In this document: piece after piece, positions 11,378 to 21,269 of the stretch
Position numbering within the stretch: the first letter of the stretch is position 1
How the letters are laid out: each line of letters opens with the position of its first letter
DNA from: a candidate division WWE3 bacterium
Lineage (GTDB): Bacteria; Patescibacteriota; 4484-211; GCA-002791395
NCBI GenBank assembly: GCA_013335095.1
Contig: JAAXWF010000001.1
Span: forward strand, 214,797 to 278,796
Direction: 5' to 3'
Length of the DNA stretch: 64,000 bases
The notes under the pieces: generated by a model
Seen by the model: only the letters and a program-made list of their open reading frames with translations
What the model was told of the DNA's origin: nothing
Database searches by the model: none
Made by a program: the position numbers and the translations under genes

Positions 11378-11437
11378 ACTACGCGTGGATTTTAACCTAT
11401 CCACGCCATTTACGCAAGGCCGTAGCCCGACCTATTT

Positions 11438-12223
11438 TTATAAAGATCGTTTCAATCGTTCTTTTGGCCTTTCAGTCAAAATACGAGGGCCTGAAGATGT
11501 TATCGCAACGGTATGCTCAAACATACCTGATAGTGAACCGTCTGCAGTGACGGCAGTCCAGTCATCATCTAAGATTTCGACCTCATAATCCCCCATAGTG
11601 TACATTATCTCAATTGCTAAAACTAATCCTTCTTTTAACTGATATCCTCGCCCAGGAGTTCCATATCCTGGCACTTGAGGATCTTCCTGCAAATCCTTGC
11701 CGACTCCATGACCAACGAAAGCACGAACGACATTAAAGCCTGCCCCCTCAACGACCGATTGCATTGCATATCCAATATCACCCAGATGATTCCCCACGAC
11801 ACATTGATTGATACCTGCATGCATAGCTTGTTCTCCAGTTTTTAAAAAAGATTGAACAGAGTCATCAATCTCACCAACTTGAATGGTATATGCAGTGTCG
11901 GCATGAAACTCTCGATAAATACAACCGAAATCGATTGTTAATACATCACCTGAGGCTAATATTCGATTCGATGGCATACCGTGAACGACCTCATCATTTA
12001 AACAAATAACAAGATTATACGGAAAGCCTTGATATCCTTTAAATGAAGATGTTACCTGATGCTTTTTTAATAATTCGGCTGCAATAGCTTCCAATTCAAG
12101 TGTCTTCATTCCAACCTTAGCACTATCAATCAACGTTTCTAAGATCTGACCAGCGCGAATACCCGCCTCGGCCATAATCTCGATCTCGCCTTTACTTTTT
12201 ATAGTGATATGGTCTCGTGACAT
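11438..12223 (-). CDS. map: methionine aminopeptidase type I
   Basis: NDEVVHG, DFG..DTA, GHGVG, FEHT; position between adk and infA. Confidence 0.96.
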   Translation of the reverse strand: MSRDHITIKSKGEIEIMAEAGIRAGQILETLIDSAKVGMKTLELEAIAAELLKKHQVTSSFKGYQGFPYNLVICLNDEVVHGMPSNRILASGDVLTIDFGCIYREFHADTAYTIQVGEIDDSVQSFLKTGEQAMHAGINQCVVGNHLGDIGYAMQSVVEGAGFNVVRAFVGHGVGKDLQEDPQVPGYGTPGRGYQLKEGLVLAIEIMYTMGDYEVEILDDDWTAVTADGSLSGMFEHTVAITSSGPRILTERPKERLKRSL

Positions 12224-12225
12224 GA

Positions 12226-12795
12226 TTAATTAGATAGATATGATTGAATGTGGTCCCAAATCTGTTGGTGGACGTTGTCAATGGGTTGAGTCCCGTCAAT
12301 CATAACGACCGGAATTCCGTCTTTTTCGAATTTCTTTAATAGCGGAAGAGTATGCTGTTCAAATGCATTTAAACGGCGTTCTATCGCCTCTTCGGTCTCA
12401 TCTTTTCGTTTCTCAATGACCTTGCGGCTTTCAATTCGTTGCATATAAACCTCTCGATCAACCGTAAGATCAATAACAGCGGCAACTGGTCTTTTAAATA
12501 TCTTCTCCAATTCAGTATACTGCCCCTCTTCGCGGGGGAACCCCTCAAGGACATATCCCTTAATATTTTTATGTTCAGCAATCTGTTCTAGGAGGATTTT
12601 ATGCATTAAGTCATTCGGGACGAGATGCCCCTCAGACCAGTATTCCTCAGCTTCGATTCCCATAGGCGTATTAGCGGCGTATAGGTCCCGTAAAATAGTT
12701 CCAGTGGAGATAAGATATAAACCGAGGCGTTGGGATAATAACTTAGCTTGCGTTGATTTTCCGGACCCTTGAGGCCCCATAATTACAAATACCAT
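12226..12795 (-). CDS. adk: adenylate kinase, short-LID type
   Basis: GPQGSGKST, EGFPR, RKDET; follows secY. Confidence 0.93.
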   Translation of the reverse strand: MVFVIMGPQGSGKSTQAKLLSQRLGLYLISTGTILRDLYAANTPMGIEAEEYWSEGHLVPNDLMHKILLEQIAEHKNIKGYVLEGFPREEGQYTELEKIFKRPVAAVIDLTVDREVYMQRIESRKVIEKRKDETEEAIERRLNAFEQHTLPLLKKFEKDGIPVVMIDGTQPIDNVHQQIWDHIQSYLSN

Positions 12796-12817
12796 GTTTG
12801 TTTTATTCTCTCATCTA

Positions 12818-14110
12818 TTAACTAATAAATCTATCATATCCTCTCATAACCATCATAGCTTCAAGAGAACGAACGGTCTCGACAGTTACTGAGACTACGA
12901 TTAACAAGCTCGTGCCACCAATTGTTACGATAGATCCCACTCCAGGGAACATAAACTGGATCAAAATAGGCATAATAGCAAGCAAACCCAAAAAGATAGA
13001 TCCAGGGACAGTAATTCGGGTTAACAGTCGATTGAGATACTCAGAGGTTGCTCGTCCAGGGCGAACTCCTGGAATGAATCCACCTTGCTTCTGCAAATTT
13101 TCAGCGATTCGATCAGGATTAAAAGACACCGCAGTATAGAAAAAAGTAAATGATACAACCAAAATAAAATACGTGATTGCATACGAAATCGATTGCGGAT
13201 TAAAAAAGTTGGCGACGCTTTGTGCAATATTGGCTACTTGACCACTCGTAACACCTACCAAAAACTGTGCAACTGTTCCAGGTATTAAGACCATAGAAAC
13301 CGCAAATATTATTGGCACAACGCCTGCCTGATTCAAGCGAAGTGGTAAATAGGTAGTTTGCCCGCCAATCTGCTGGGATCCTTTGATTCGTCGGGCATAC
13401 TGAACTGGAACTTGGCGAGTAGCTTCATTAACCAATACGATCCCTGCAATAACTAATATAGAGATGGTTGCAAATAATGCTAAATCTAGTAACGCACCGT
13501 TTTGTTGAGTGCTGAATAACTGACTTAGAGTTAACGGCAAGCCCGAGATAATTCCGACGCTAATTACAATAGATGTTCCATTACCTATTCCATATTCAGT
13601 AATTAATTCGCCAAGCCATACAAGAAACAAAGATCCAGCAGTCAAGCTAAATATCATGACCACTAATTGCACTGGGGTTAATTGAGTTATAAGAGATTGT
13701 TGCCGAAGAATAAAGTACACAGACAACGATTGAACTATCGCAAGTGGAACACTTAACAATCGAGTATATTGATTGATTTTTCGCTGTCCAGATTCCCCAT
13801 CTTTCTGCAGTTCTTCAAGGCGAGGGATTACCAGAGTCATGAGTTGGATAATAATTGACGCATTGATGTATGGATTAAGACCAAGTGCTAATAGTGAAAA
13901 GTTAGATAAAGCGCCACCTGAAAACATATTTAACAATCCCAAAAATTGAGATTGGGCAAATAGATTGCGAAGAGATGCAAGGTCAACACCCGGCAATGGA
14001 ACATGTGAAACGATACGGTAGATCAGTAAAAGAAATGCAGTCAATAAAATCTTTCTCCGCAGGTCTGGTGTTTCCCACGCATTTCGTAATATTTGTGTTA
14101 TACGCTCCAT
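12818..14110 (-). CDS. secY: preprotein translocase SecY
   Basis: ALGLNPYINASII, GIGNG, FIPGVRPG, GGTSLLIVV. Confidence 0.98.
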   Translation of the reverse strand: MERITQILRNAWETPDLRRKILLTAFLLLIYRIVSHVPLPGVDLASLRNLFAQSQFLGLLNMFSGGALSNFSLLALGLNPYINASIIIQLMTLVIPRLEELQKDGESGQRKINQYTRLLSVPLAIVQSLSVYFILRQQSLITQLTPVQLVVMIFSLTAGSLFLVWLGELITEYGIGNGTSIVISVGIISGLPLTLSQLFSTQQNGALLDLALFATISILVIAGIVLVNEATRQVPVQYARRIKGSQQIGGQTTYLPLRLNQAGVVPIIFAVSMVLIPGTVAQFLVGVTSGQVANIAQSVANFFNPQSISYAITYFILVVSFTFFYTAVSFNPDRIAENLQKQGGFIPGVRPGRATSEYLNRLLTRITVPGSIFLGLLAIMPILIQFMFPGVGSIVTIGGTSLLIVVSVTVETVRSLEAMMVMRGYDRFIS

Positions 14111-14131
14111 AGGCAAGGCTTATTGTACCAC

Positions 14132-14473
14132 TTACAACCAACCGAAAATCCGATTTAAAATATGCACGATAACAAAAAGGAGATACAGACTACTTAGTGA
14201 ACTAATTGACATGATTATGTTAACTAAGAACGGCTGTCGACGATATAACAATGCAGTAATGATAAGATCTGTGGATAAAATCCCAATGGATAATCCTGGC
14301 AATAACCAAATCCACTCGCGGGACGCTAACTGAGGTTCTCCCCAAGGCTGCAAAAACCATAGAGGTATCGCCGTTGGAATCCAACGATAGTTTAGAAACA
14401 CTAGCCAGAAAATACACTGACTAATAAATAACGCAAACAATGTATTGGTAAAAACACCGCGATTTTTAAACAT
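14132..14473 (-). CDS. small three-TM membrane protein (DUF1648-like)
   Basis: IPLWF..PWG.PQLA motif between hydrophobic helices. Confidence 0.6.
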   Translation of the reverse strand: MFKNRGVFTNTLFALFISQCIFWLVFLNYRWIPTAIPLWFLQPWGEPQLASREWIWLLPGLSIGILSTDLIITALLYRRQPFLVNIIMSISSLSSLYLLFVIVHILNRIFGWL

Positions 14474-14475
14474 AT

Positions 14476-15273
14476 TTATTGTATTGCGAACAAACTTAGA
14501 GCATTGGTATCGGTCTTTGATATAACATCAGCAGGACTTATTCCCCAGCACTCTCCGACAGTATTCGCCACTAATTCTACCATCCAGGACTCATTTCGCT
14601 GTCCTCGATATGATTGGGGAGCTAAAAACGGTGCATCGGTCTCAAGAACTAATCGATCATGCGGAATCTGCGTAATTGCTTCCCGCAACAATTTTGCTGA
14701 TGGATAAGTAGAAATGCCGTTTATACCTATGAATAGATTTGTATTCAGTACTTGTTGAGCAGCTACAGAGTCGCCTGTAAACGAGTGCCAAACGCCTTTA
14801 AGTGTCGTATTTGCGAAGTCGTTAAGTATTTCTAAAGTATCCGGAGTGGCCTCTCGAGAGTGGATTATAACCGGAAGATTATGTTCTAATGCAAGCTCAA
14901 GTTGAGAACGAAATAACTCTTTTTGTAACGCTACCGAAGATTCCAAGATAAGTTCAGAATGATAATCTAACCCGGCCTCGCCAATAGCTACAATTTTTGA
15001 AGTAGATGACGGGGTAATAAGTAATATAAGTTCATTTACTGCGGCTGAAATAGAGCCGAAATCCTTAATAATCGAATCGACTTCTTCAGGGTGAATACCT
15101 ATTGATGCAAACATAAAATCATTTTGTAAAGCCAAATCTAGGGCGGCTTGACTCGTTTTAATATCTATTCCGACATTAATTAGGGCACGCAACTTTTCGT
15201 GACATCGACCAATAACAGCACTCCGATCTAAGTCATATTGTTCAAAGTACAAATGAGCATGAGTATCAATCAT
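14476..15273 (-). CDS. tatD: TatD family deoxyribonuclease
   Basis: MIDTHAH, GIHP, IGEAGLDY, IHSR, ETDAPFLAP. Confidence 0.93.
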   Translation of the reverse strand: MIDTHAHLYFEQYDLDRSAVIGRCHEKLRALINVGIDIKTSQAALDLALQNDFMFASIGIHPEEVDSIIKDFGSISAAVNELILLITPSSTSKIVAIGEAGLDYHSELILESSVALQKELFRSQLELALEHNLPVIIHSREATPDTLEILNDFANTTLKGVWHSFTGDSVAAQQVLNTNLFIGINGISTYPSAKLLREAITQIPHDRLVLETDAPFLAPQSYRGQRNESWMVELVANTVGECWGISPADVISKTDTNALSLFAIQ

Positions 15274-15338
15274 GAGTTTAATTATACGTTGCAGTGCATA
15301 ATTCATCAGTTCTTAAACGATTTTGATATCATAAAAGG

Positions 15339-17159
15339 ATGATAAAAAAAATAACCTTAGTTGTATCGACTTTCTTTTTTATCTTCACAGTTCTATCGAC
15401 AAATACTGCCTTTGGTGATCAACTAGACGATCAATTAAGTGACACACAACAGAAACTGAACGCTGCGGTCGCTGAAAAAAATAAAACACAATCAGAGCTC
15501 AATAGACTGGAAAAGCTTAAACAACAATATACCGGATCACTAAGATCCTTACAAAATACGATTGCCATAACCAATCAACAAATAGACCTTACCAACGAAA
15601 CCATTAAAAACAAGGAGAACGAGATGAATCAAGTAAAAGATGATATTAAAAAATCTGAAGACGATATTAATCACCGTAAAGACCAACTCAAGAATACAAT
15701 ACGGGCTTTTTATATGATTGGACAACCGAACAAATTTGAATCCATCTTGAATCCCCTGGGAAATACAGCCGCAACACAAGGATTTGTGTATCGGATGAAT
15801 GTTATTGCGAACAGTAAAGTACAAATACTCGATCTCAATAATGATTTAGCTAAAATAAATGAGATCAAAAAATCTCTTGAGGAGCTGCAAGCTCAACTTC
15901 AGAAAGATAAAACTGATCTAGAACAAAAAAAGACCGACTTACAACGAAGTATTCAAGCGACACAAGGCAATCTTGCAACGACCTCGTCACAATCCCAAAA
16001 TGTTCAACAATCGTTATTAGGATTAGAAGGGCAAATATCTTCCCTTACTCAAAAACAAAGAGAGATTTTAGCCGCCAAAGCAGCCGCGGCACTAGCATCT
16101 ACAACCGTTGGAAATACGGAAATTAACAAAGCAGCAATCGAAAAGAATGCACCGAAAGACGGCAATGTTTACTTTTCTTTTTGGACATATGGATACCCAC
16201 ACCGTGTGGGACTTAGCCAGTACGGCGCATTAGGCAGGGCGTGGTCTGGACAATCCACGGAGCAAATATTAAAGGCATATTATCAGGGAGTGACCTTAAC
16301 AACATGGGAAGCACCAGCTTCAATAACCATTTCAACAGCGAACGGTAATCAAACCATCCCGTTTGAGGAAGATTACTTAATGGGGATTGGCGAAATGCCC
16401 TCTTGTTGGGGAGATTCCAGTCACAAGGGACTTGAAGCCCTAAAAGCCCAAGCCATAATAGCCCGCACGTATGCGCTCAATTATACAAATAATGGAACTC
16501 AACCCATTTGCACAACTCAATCGTGCCAAGTGTACATAGGTGCAAGCAAAATAAACGGGGCATGTGGAAATTATTGGAAACAAGCGGTTGAAGAAACCAG
16601 AGGACTAGTCCTAACTTCCGCAGGCCAGCTAATCTCTGCCGTGTATGCCTCCACGTCTGGTGGATTTACCTTAAACTCGGAGGATGCAAGTCCGCACTTT
16701 AACTCGTATCGAAGCTATTTGCGTGGTATTGCAGATTTTGATGCTAATGGTAAACCATATGAAGGACCAGATTACGGCGGATCCCCTTGGTATCACAAAG
16801 CCTGGGGTGATCAACCGTGGCTAAGTATATCTCAGGTAGCGGATATGTTTAATGCCGCACTTCTACCCGAAAGCTATAATAACCAACTCAGCACAATCTC
16901 TAAAGAGGACATCGTTAATCAGTTAACACAAAACGGCATTACTCCAATAACTAATTTTAAAGCTCTTGAGATTATCGATCAAAATGGAAACAAAGGAGCA
17001 AACACGGCGCAGGTTGCAAAGGTTCGGGCTTATTTTGGAGAGGGACAAATGGCTGAAGTTACAGGCGCTCGATTTAAATTTGTGTTTAACTTACGATCTC
17101 CTGGAACTGATGCTATTTGGACAACTCGCTTTGATGTGATAACTGCAGCTGAATTATAA
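15339..17159 (+). CDS. secreted coiled-coil protein with SpoIID/LytB lytic transglycosylase domain
   Basis: Signal peptide, ~230 aa heptad coiled coil, EMPSCW...EALKAQAIIARTYA, ICTTQSCQVY, HRVGLSQYGA. Confidence 0.88.
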   Translation: MIKKITLVVSTFFFIFTVLSTNTAFGDQLDDQLSDTQQKLNAAVAEKNKTQSELNRLEKLKQQYTGSLRSLQNTIAITNQQIDLTNETIKNKENEMNQVKDDIKKSEDDINHRKDQLKNTIRAFYMIGQPNKFESILNPLGNTAATQGFVYRMNVIANSKVQILDLNNDLAKINEIKKSLEELQAQLQKDKTDLEQKKTDLQRSIQATQGNLATTSSQSQNVQQSLLGLEGQISSLTQKQREILAAKAAAALASTTVGNTEINKAAIEKNAPKDGNVYFSFWTYGYPHRVGLSQYGALGRAWSGQSTEQILKAYYQGVTLTTWEAPASITISTANGNQTIPFEEDYLMGIGEMPSCWGDSSHKGLEALKAQAIIARTYALNYTNNGTQPICTTQSCQVYIGASKINGACGNYWKQAVEETRGLVLTSAGQLISAVYASTSGGFTLNSEDASPHFNSYRSYLRGIADFDANGKPYEGPDYGGSPWYHKAWGDQPWLSISQVADMFNAALLPESYNNQLSTISKEDIVNQLTQNGITPITNFKALEIIDQNGNKGANTAQVAKVRAYFGEGQMAEVTGARFKFVFNLRSPGTDAIWTTRFDVITAAEL

Positions 17160-17171
17160 ATCGTAGAATGT

Positions 17172-17927
17172 TTAGTGAAATCGAATTTCCAGAGGCAATG
17201 AGAATGTATCTTCCTGAGATAAAGATTGATCCGCTCCCCAAACTGAAACATCAATAGTCGCCTGTTCTCCCGGGGTCAGTTTAATAGTGCGGGTTTGTGC
17301 AGATATTATCGAGTTCGGCTCAACTACGATAGCACCGGTATATACTGTTTGACCTACATTATGACGCTGCATTAATGGAGTGACAACAAGACCATCTGTA
17401 GAGACGACAAGAACCTTTGTAGACTCATTCTCAATCCAAATAAGGTCACCTTCTTTAAATAGGGTCGGATCAGCTACTTGAACTAGGGTCGCTCCTTTTT
17501 CTATAGACTTCGTTAAAGTAGTACTATGATTTGAAGAACTAATGGTGATCAACAAACGATCGAATTTAGTAAACGATTCAGATGCCGGCAAACTAGGGGC
17601 GACAACCTCAACATCAAACGATTCGGTCGCACTTACATTATAGAGTGAATAGGCGCCGTAATACGTTGCCTTTTGGTTACGAAAAGAAGTCAGACTAATC
17701 GTATCAGTATATTTACCATTGGCAAGGGAGGTTGGAGAAAAAGCAACGTACCCGTTAAAGTCTTTTACATTAGGAATAACATTGATATTTTCTGGAGCAA
17801 CGACACGAGTTCCTGCAACAACTCCAATTTGCGCAGGTAAACGTAACATCCATTCCGATCCGACGAAAGGAAATCCCAGCAAGACGAATAACATTAATAG
17901 TAGTCCAATATTAAGCAGTGTTTTCAT
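17172..17927 (-). CDS. membrane-anchored/secreted beta-rich hypothetical protein
   Basis: N-terminal hydrophobic segment; 251-aa ORF tightly packed behind the 17930 gene. Confidence 0.7.
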   Translation of the reverse strand: MKTLLNIGLLLMLFVLLGFPFVGSEWMLRLPAQIGVVAGTRVVAPENINVIPNVKDFNGYVAFSPTSLANGKYTDTISLTSFRNQKATYYGAYSLYNVSATESFDVEVVAPSLPASESFTKFDRLLITISSSNHSTTLTKSIEKGATLVQVADPTLFKEGDLIWIENESTKVLVVSTDGLVVTPLMQRHNVGQTVYTGAIVVEPNSIISAQTRTIKLTPGEQATIDVSVWGADQSLSQEDTFSLPLEIRFH

Positions 17928-17929
17928 TA

Positions 17930-18454
17930 TTATAGTTTACTTGGCTCCATTTCTCTTTCAACATCAGCAACAACAAACCATGTAGAAAATATTGCGACCA
18001 TAAAAGAAACAAAGAGTAACCAGGATTGGCCCATATTTAGTAAGGTTTGAAATCCAATTAACATCGTCGTTAACCAAACTAATGCTAACCAAACAGTTGC
18101 TTGATGGTAAATATCTTCTGAACTGACAATAAGGGCCGTTAAATTTAATGATAATAAACGAAGCACAATCTTTGGCTCAATATGACTTTCATGCAAATGA
18201 TATGCTCGCAACAACACCCATACCAAACCGCACAAGGCCACAAATAGCATCACTAGATTGGAATAAGTGTTAATAAAACTTAGGCGGATAGGATCTTCAA
18301 TTATCAGTCGAGGAACAACTGTTTGGGGATCCAACCGCCACCCCACCGCACTTGTTTGAATCAAATATAAAACAGCAATTACTTTCGCTAGAAAAACAGA
18401 CAATGCAGGAATTATTGATTCGTCAATGAGTCGTAATAGAATGCGTGAAGACAT
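17930..18454 (-). CDS. four-TM hypothetical membrane protein
   Basis: Four hydrophobic stretches; TTGACA-18 nt-TATACT promoter 9 nt upstream of ATG. Confidence 0.75.
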   Translation of the reverse strand: MSSRILLRLIDESIIPALSVFLAKVIAVLYLIQTSAVGWRLDPQTVVPRLIIEDPIRLSFINTYSNLVMLFVALCGLVWVLLRAYHLHESHIEPKIVLRLLSLNLTALIVSSEDIYHQATVWLALVWLTTMLIGFQTLLNMGQSWLLFVSFMVAIFSTWFVVADVEREMEPSKL

Positions 18455-18513
18455 GATGGCTTTAGTATAGGAACGGGTCTAAATCGATGTCAAGTAAGAA
18501 CATTAACAATTCA

Positions 18514-19533
18514 TTAAAAACCGATGACGTACACTTTTCCAAAATTCGTATTCGTAGCGACTGCCCATTTTCCGGTTTTATCAAGAGCAATATTATTCAA
18601 GCCCTCCGCAACATTAAATGCCGAAGTTAATTTAACAACCTGGGTCATTCGTCCCTGATCAAGATCAACAACACCAACCTCATTTGACGTAAAGCCCGTT
18701 ACATACATCTTTCTATGGGCGTTATCTAGTGTAAGGTCAAGAGGCGACTGAACAACATCTATAGTCTTTACAACTTTATTGGTTGTAGTATCGACCTTAA
18801 CTAATTTGTCTCCGTAAATATCAACGAGCCATAATGTATCGCTATCTAATTCAGCTAGTAATTCCCGTGGTCTTCCGACAGGATCGACAAGTCCGACAAC
18901 TAACCTGTTATCTACACCAATAACAGATAAAGTACCATCAACATCATTTGCTACATAAACGAAATCATTATTCCGATCAATTGCGATTCCCTGCGGAGCG
19001 TTGCCAACTCGAATAGTACTCACTACTTTGAACTCATATAAATTTACAACACTCACTGTATTATCAATCTCGTTTACGACAAATAAGGTGGAGCCATCAT
19101 TAGTCATCACCATATTTCCAGGTTTTGATCCAACTTTAATTTGTCCTAAAACCTGAAATGAATCTAATGATAGTTTATACAAAGTATCTGACGAAGAGGT
19201 AACGTACAAATAATTGTTTATTTTATCAACATATAACTTATTGGCACTTGGTACTGAAATTTGACCAATAATTTTTCGTGATTCAGCACTTAACGTATAA
19301 ATAATACCTTCATCATAGCTTGTAATTAAAAAGACATTGCGGCTTGATACATAAATAACATCATTTAGATCATCTCCAGCACTAACCCCTTGGACGTCAA
19401 CCAGTTCATTTGGCTCAATAATAGCGGGCTCCGATATAGAAGATGTATCTTTATGAGACCAGCTCCAATAGCCAAGTCCAATTAGTAAAAGAAGAATTAA
19501 TCCTAATATTATTTTAGTTACAATATGTTTCAT
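18514..19533 (-). CDS. membrane-anchored YVTN/YncE beta-propeller protein
   Basis: Repeated blades such as IKVGSKP, IRVGNAPQGIAID, VYVANDVDGTLSVI. Confidence 0.85.
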   Translation of the reverse strand: MKHIVTKIILGLILLLLIGLGYWSWSHKDTSSISEPAIIEPNELVDVQGVSAGDDLNDVIYVSSRNVFLITSYDEGIIYTLSAESRKIIGQISVPSANKLYVDKINNYLYVTSSSDTLYKLSLDSFQVLGQIKVGSKPGNMVMTNDGSTLFVVNEIDNTVSVVNLYEFKVVSTIRVGNAPQGIAIDRNNDFVYVANDVDGTLSVIGVDNRLVVGLVDPVGRPRELLAELDSDTLWLVDIYGDKLVKVDTTTNKVVKTIDVVQSPLDLTLDNAHRKMYVTGFTSNEVGVVDLDQGRMTQVVKLTSAFNVAEGLNNIALDKTGKWAVATNTNFGKVYVIGF

Positions 19534-19535
19534 AT

Positions 19536-21269
19536 TTATTCTTGTAATGGACTAATCCATCGTATAAAGGACATAAACATATTACTTGATGCTTCAGTAG
19601 ATGAAGGTTGAATCGCTGCGATAGAAGAGCACGCAGCATTAGTATAATCCATATACGTTGCCGGACAGAGTGTACTACCACTTCTAATAATTTCATATTC
19701 CAAATGGTTGTGTGTAGTATTTCCCGTCAATCCGACAACACCAATATAATCTCCAGAATTAACGGCAAAACGTGTAACTTCGATATCACTTCCAAAGCAT
19801 GGTGAGTCAGAAGGATGAGTAGTAGCCACAGCATCCCCCGGCAATTGGGTCGCTAAATGAGAACTAATAGTACGATATACACCATCTATTCCGATAACGA
19901 TCACATATACACCACGAGATGCATAGGTCGTTGTAGATGTTTCATTAATACATCGATATGCGGTACCTCTTAGGGTGGCAAATATGGGGAAGACACCTTC
20001 TATGTCGACTTTTTGACCACTAGAAACACCGTTAGCACAGTACGTAGCATCAGCTGGACAATGTCCAGGATTATTGTTAGGTGACGAACATCCCGACGTT
20101 ACGGTACGGCTTGTAGATGAATCGTTTGGCCACCCACAAGGAACTGGTGGAAGTAGGGTTGGTGTAGGCGTTGGCGTGTCTGAAATATCAGGATTAATAG
20201 TAGGTTCAGGAATTACGATGGCATTGTATTGCCCCATTTTTCCAAAAGGCATGGGGGGGACTTCTACGTACTGCCCCGTATCGTAATCATAGTAACGGAA
20301 TGACCTAGCATCACCAGAATATGCAGTACCGTCTTTCTGTCCTTTATCTTGGTTGGTAGGTCGACGAGGATATAACGGACTAACCATCGCTGGGGGTACA
20401 ACTTTTGCACAAGTCTTACATTCAATATCTCCATCCGGAATTAACTCCTCACCACGCGGACACGTATTTGCATCAAACCTCACATTTGCATTGGTAACAA
20501 ACCACTCTGGTGGATAACACGTATTCTCCTCACCCACCGGTAATACATAATACTTGCGAGGTGTTGGACCTACATACCCCCAATTATTATTAGGAGTAGG
20601 GGTAACACTGAGTAACGGAGGATCATCATTAAATCCGGTACACGCGACTCGAGTCCAGTCTATTGTAGGAAACGCTGATTGCAGAGTACTCAATGGCCAG
20701 ACTTGTCTCATTGCTGTATACCAATCAACCCCACCAGGATGGTATTCATAGTGCCACCATTCTAGTACTCCATCAGTTGTGTGCTTGGGAATACGATTCC
20801 ATCCTTGAGCTTCAAATAACGCCGTGACATCAATACTCCCCAATGGACCATTTGCTACCACTCTAAACAGCTGCCCCTCAGGAGTAACTGTAAATGCTCC
20901 TGAAGTAGGTAGATTATATAAACTCGTTGTATATAAATCGACAGCACGACCAGTTTTATGCCAAGATCGATTAATAGAACCAGTACCAGCCGGAAGACTG
21001 GCTGGTCGCAACATATCCGAAGTTCTTCCTAGCGCATCAACACCAGTAGCGGCTAATACAGCTTGCCTGATATTTAAAAAACTATCATGCGCATTTGGAA
21101 TTAGCTTAGCCATTGATGCAACAGAATTCTGAACTCCATCGACGGTAACAAGTGGTAGATTGGGGCAACTATCCTGAGCATGGGCTTTAGATATATTATG
21201 TGGTAACTGTTTAGCCAGTACGACAAATAAAATAAATGCAGAAAGTGAGACTATTGTTAATCGTTTCAT
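19536..21269 (-). CDS. secreted protein: M15/VanY-like Zn peptidase domain + Cys/Pro-rich linker + degenerate M23 (LytM) domain
   Basis: Signal peptide ending AHA; SWHKTGRAVD and EWWHYEY (SxH..D / ExxH); C-terminal GWP, HL, GDYIGVVGLTGNTTHNHLEYE. Confidence 0.78.
   Translation of the reverse strand: MKRLTIVSLSAFILFVVLAKQLPHNISKAHAQDSCPNLPLVTVDGVQNSVASMAKLIPNAHDSFLNIRQAVLAATGVDALGRTSDMLRPASLPAGTGSINRSWHKTGRAVDLYTTSLYNLPTSGAFTVTPEGQLFRVVANGPLGSIDVTALFEAQGWNRIPKHTTDGVLEWWHYEYHPGGVDWYTAMRQVWPLSTLQSAFPTIDWTRVACTGFNDDPPLLSVTPTPNNNWGYVGPTPRKYYVLPVGEENTCYPPEWFVTNANVRFDANTCPRGEELIPDGDIECKTCAKVVPPAMVSPLYPRRPTNQDKGQKDGTAYSGDARSFRYYDYDTGQYVEVPPMPFGKMGQYNAIVIPEPTINPDISDTPTPTPTLLPPVPCGWPNDSSTSRTVTSGCSSPNNNPGHCPADATYCANGVSSGQKVDIEGVFPIFATLRGTAYRCINETSTTTYASRGVYVIVIGIDGVYRTISSHLATQLPGDAVATTHPSDSPCFGSDIEVTRFAVNSGDYIGVVGLTGNTTHNHLEYEIIRSGSTLCPATYMDYTNAACSSIAAIQPSSTEASSNMFMSFIRWISPLQE

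Noticed and set aside
11680-11715. MetAP has LQEDP instead of the usual LHExP
   Set aside because: All metal ligands are present; a single substitution is too weak to interpret without an alignment.
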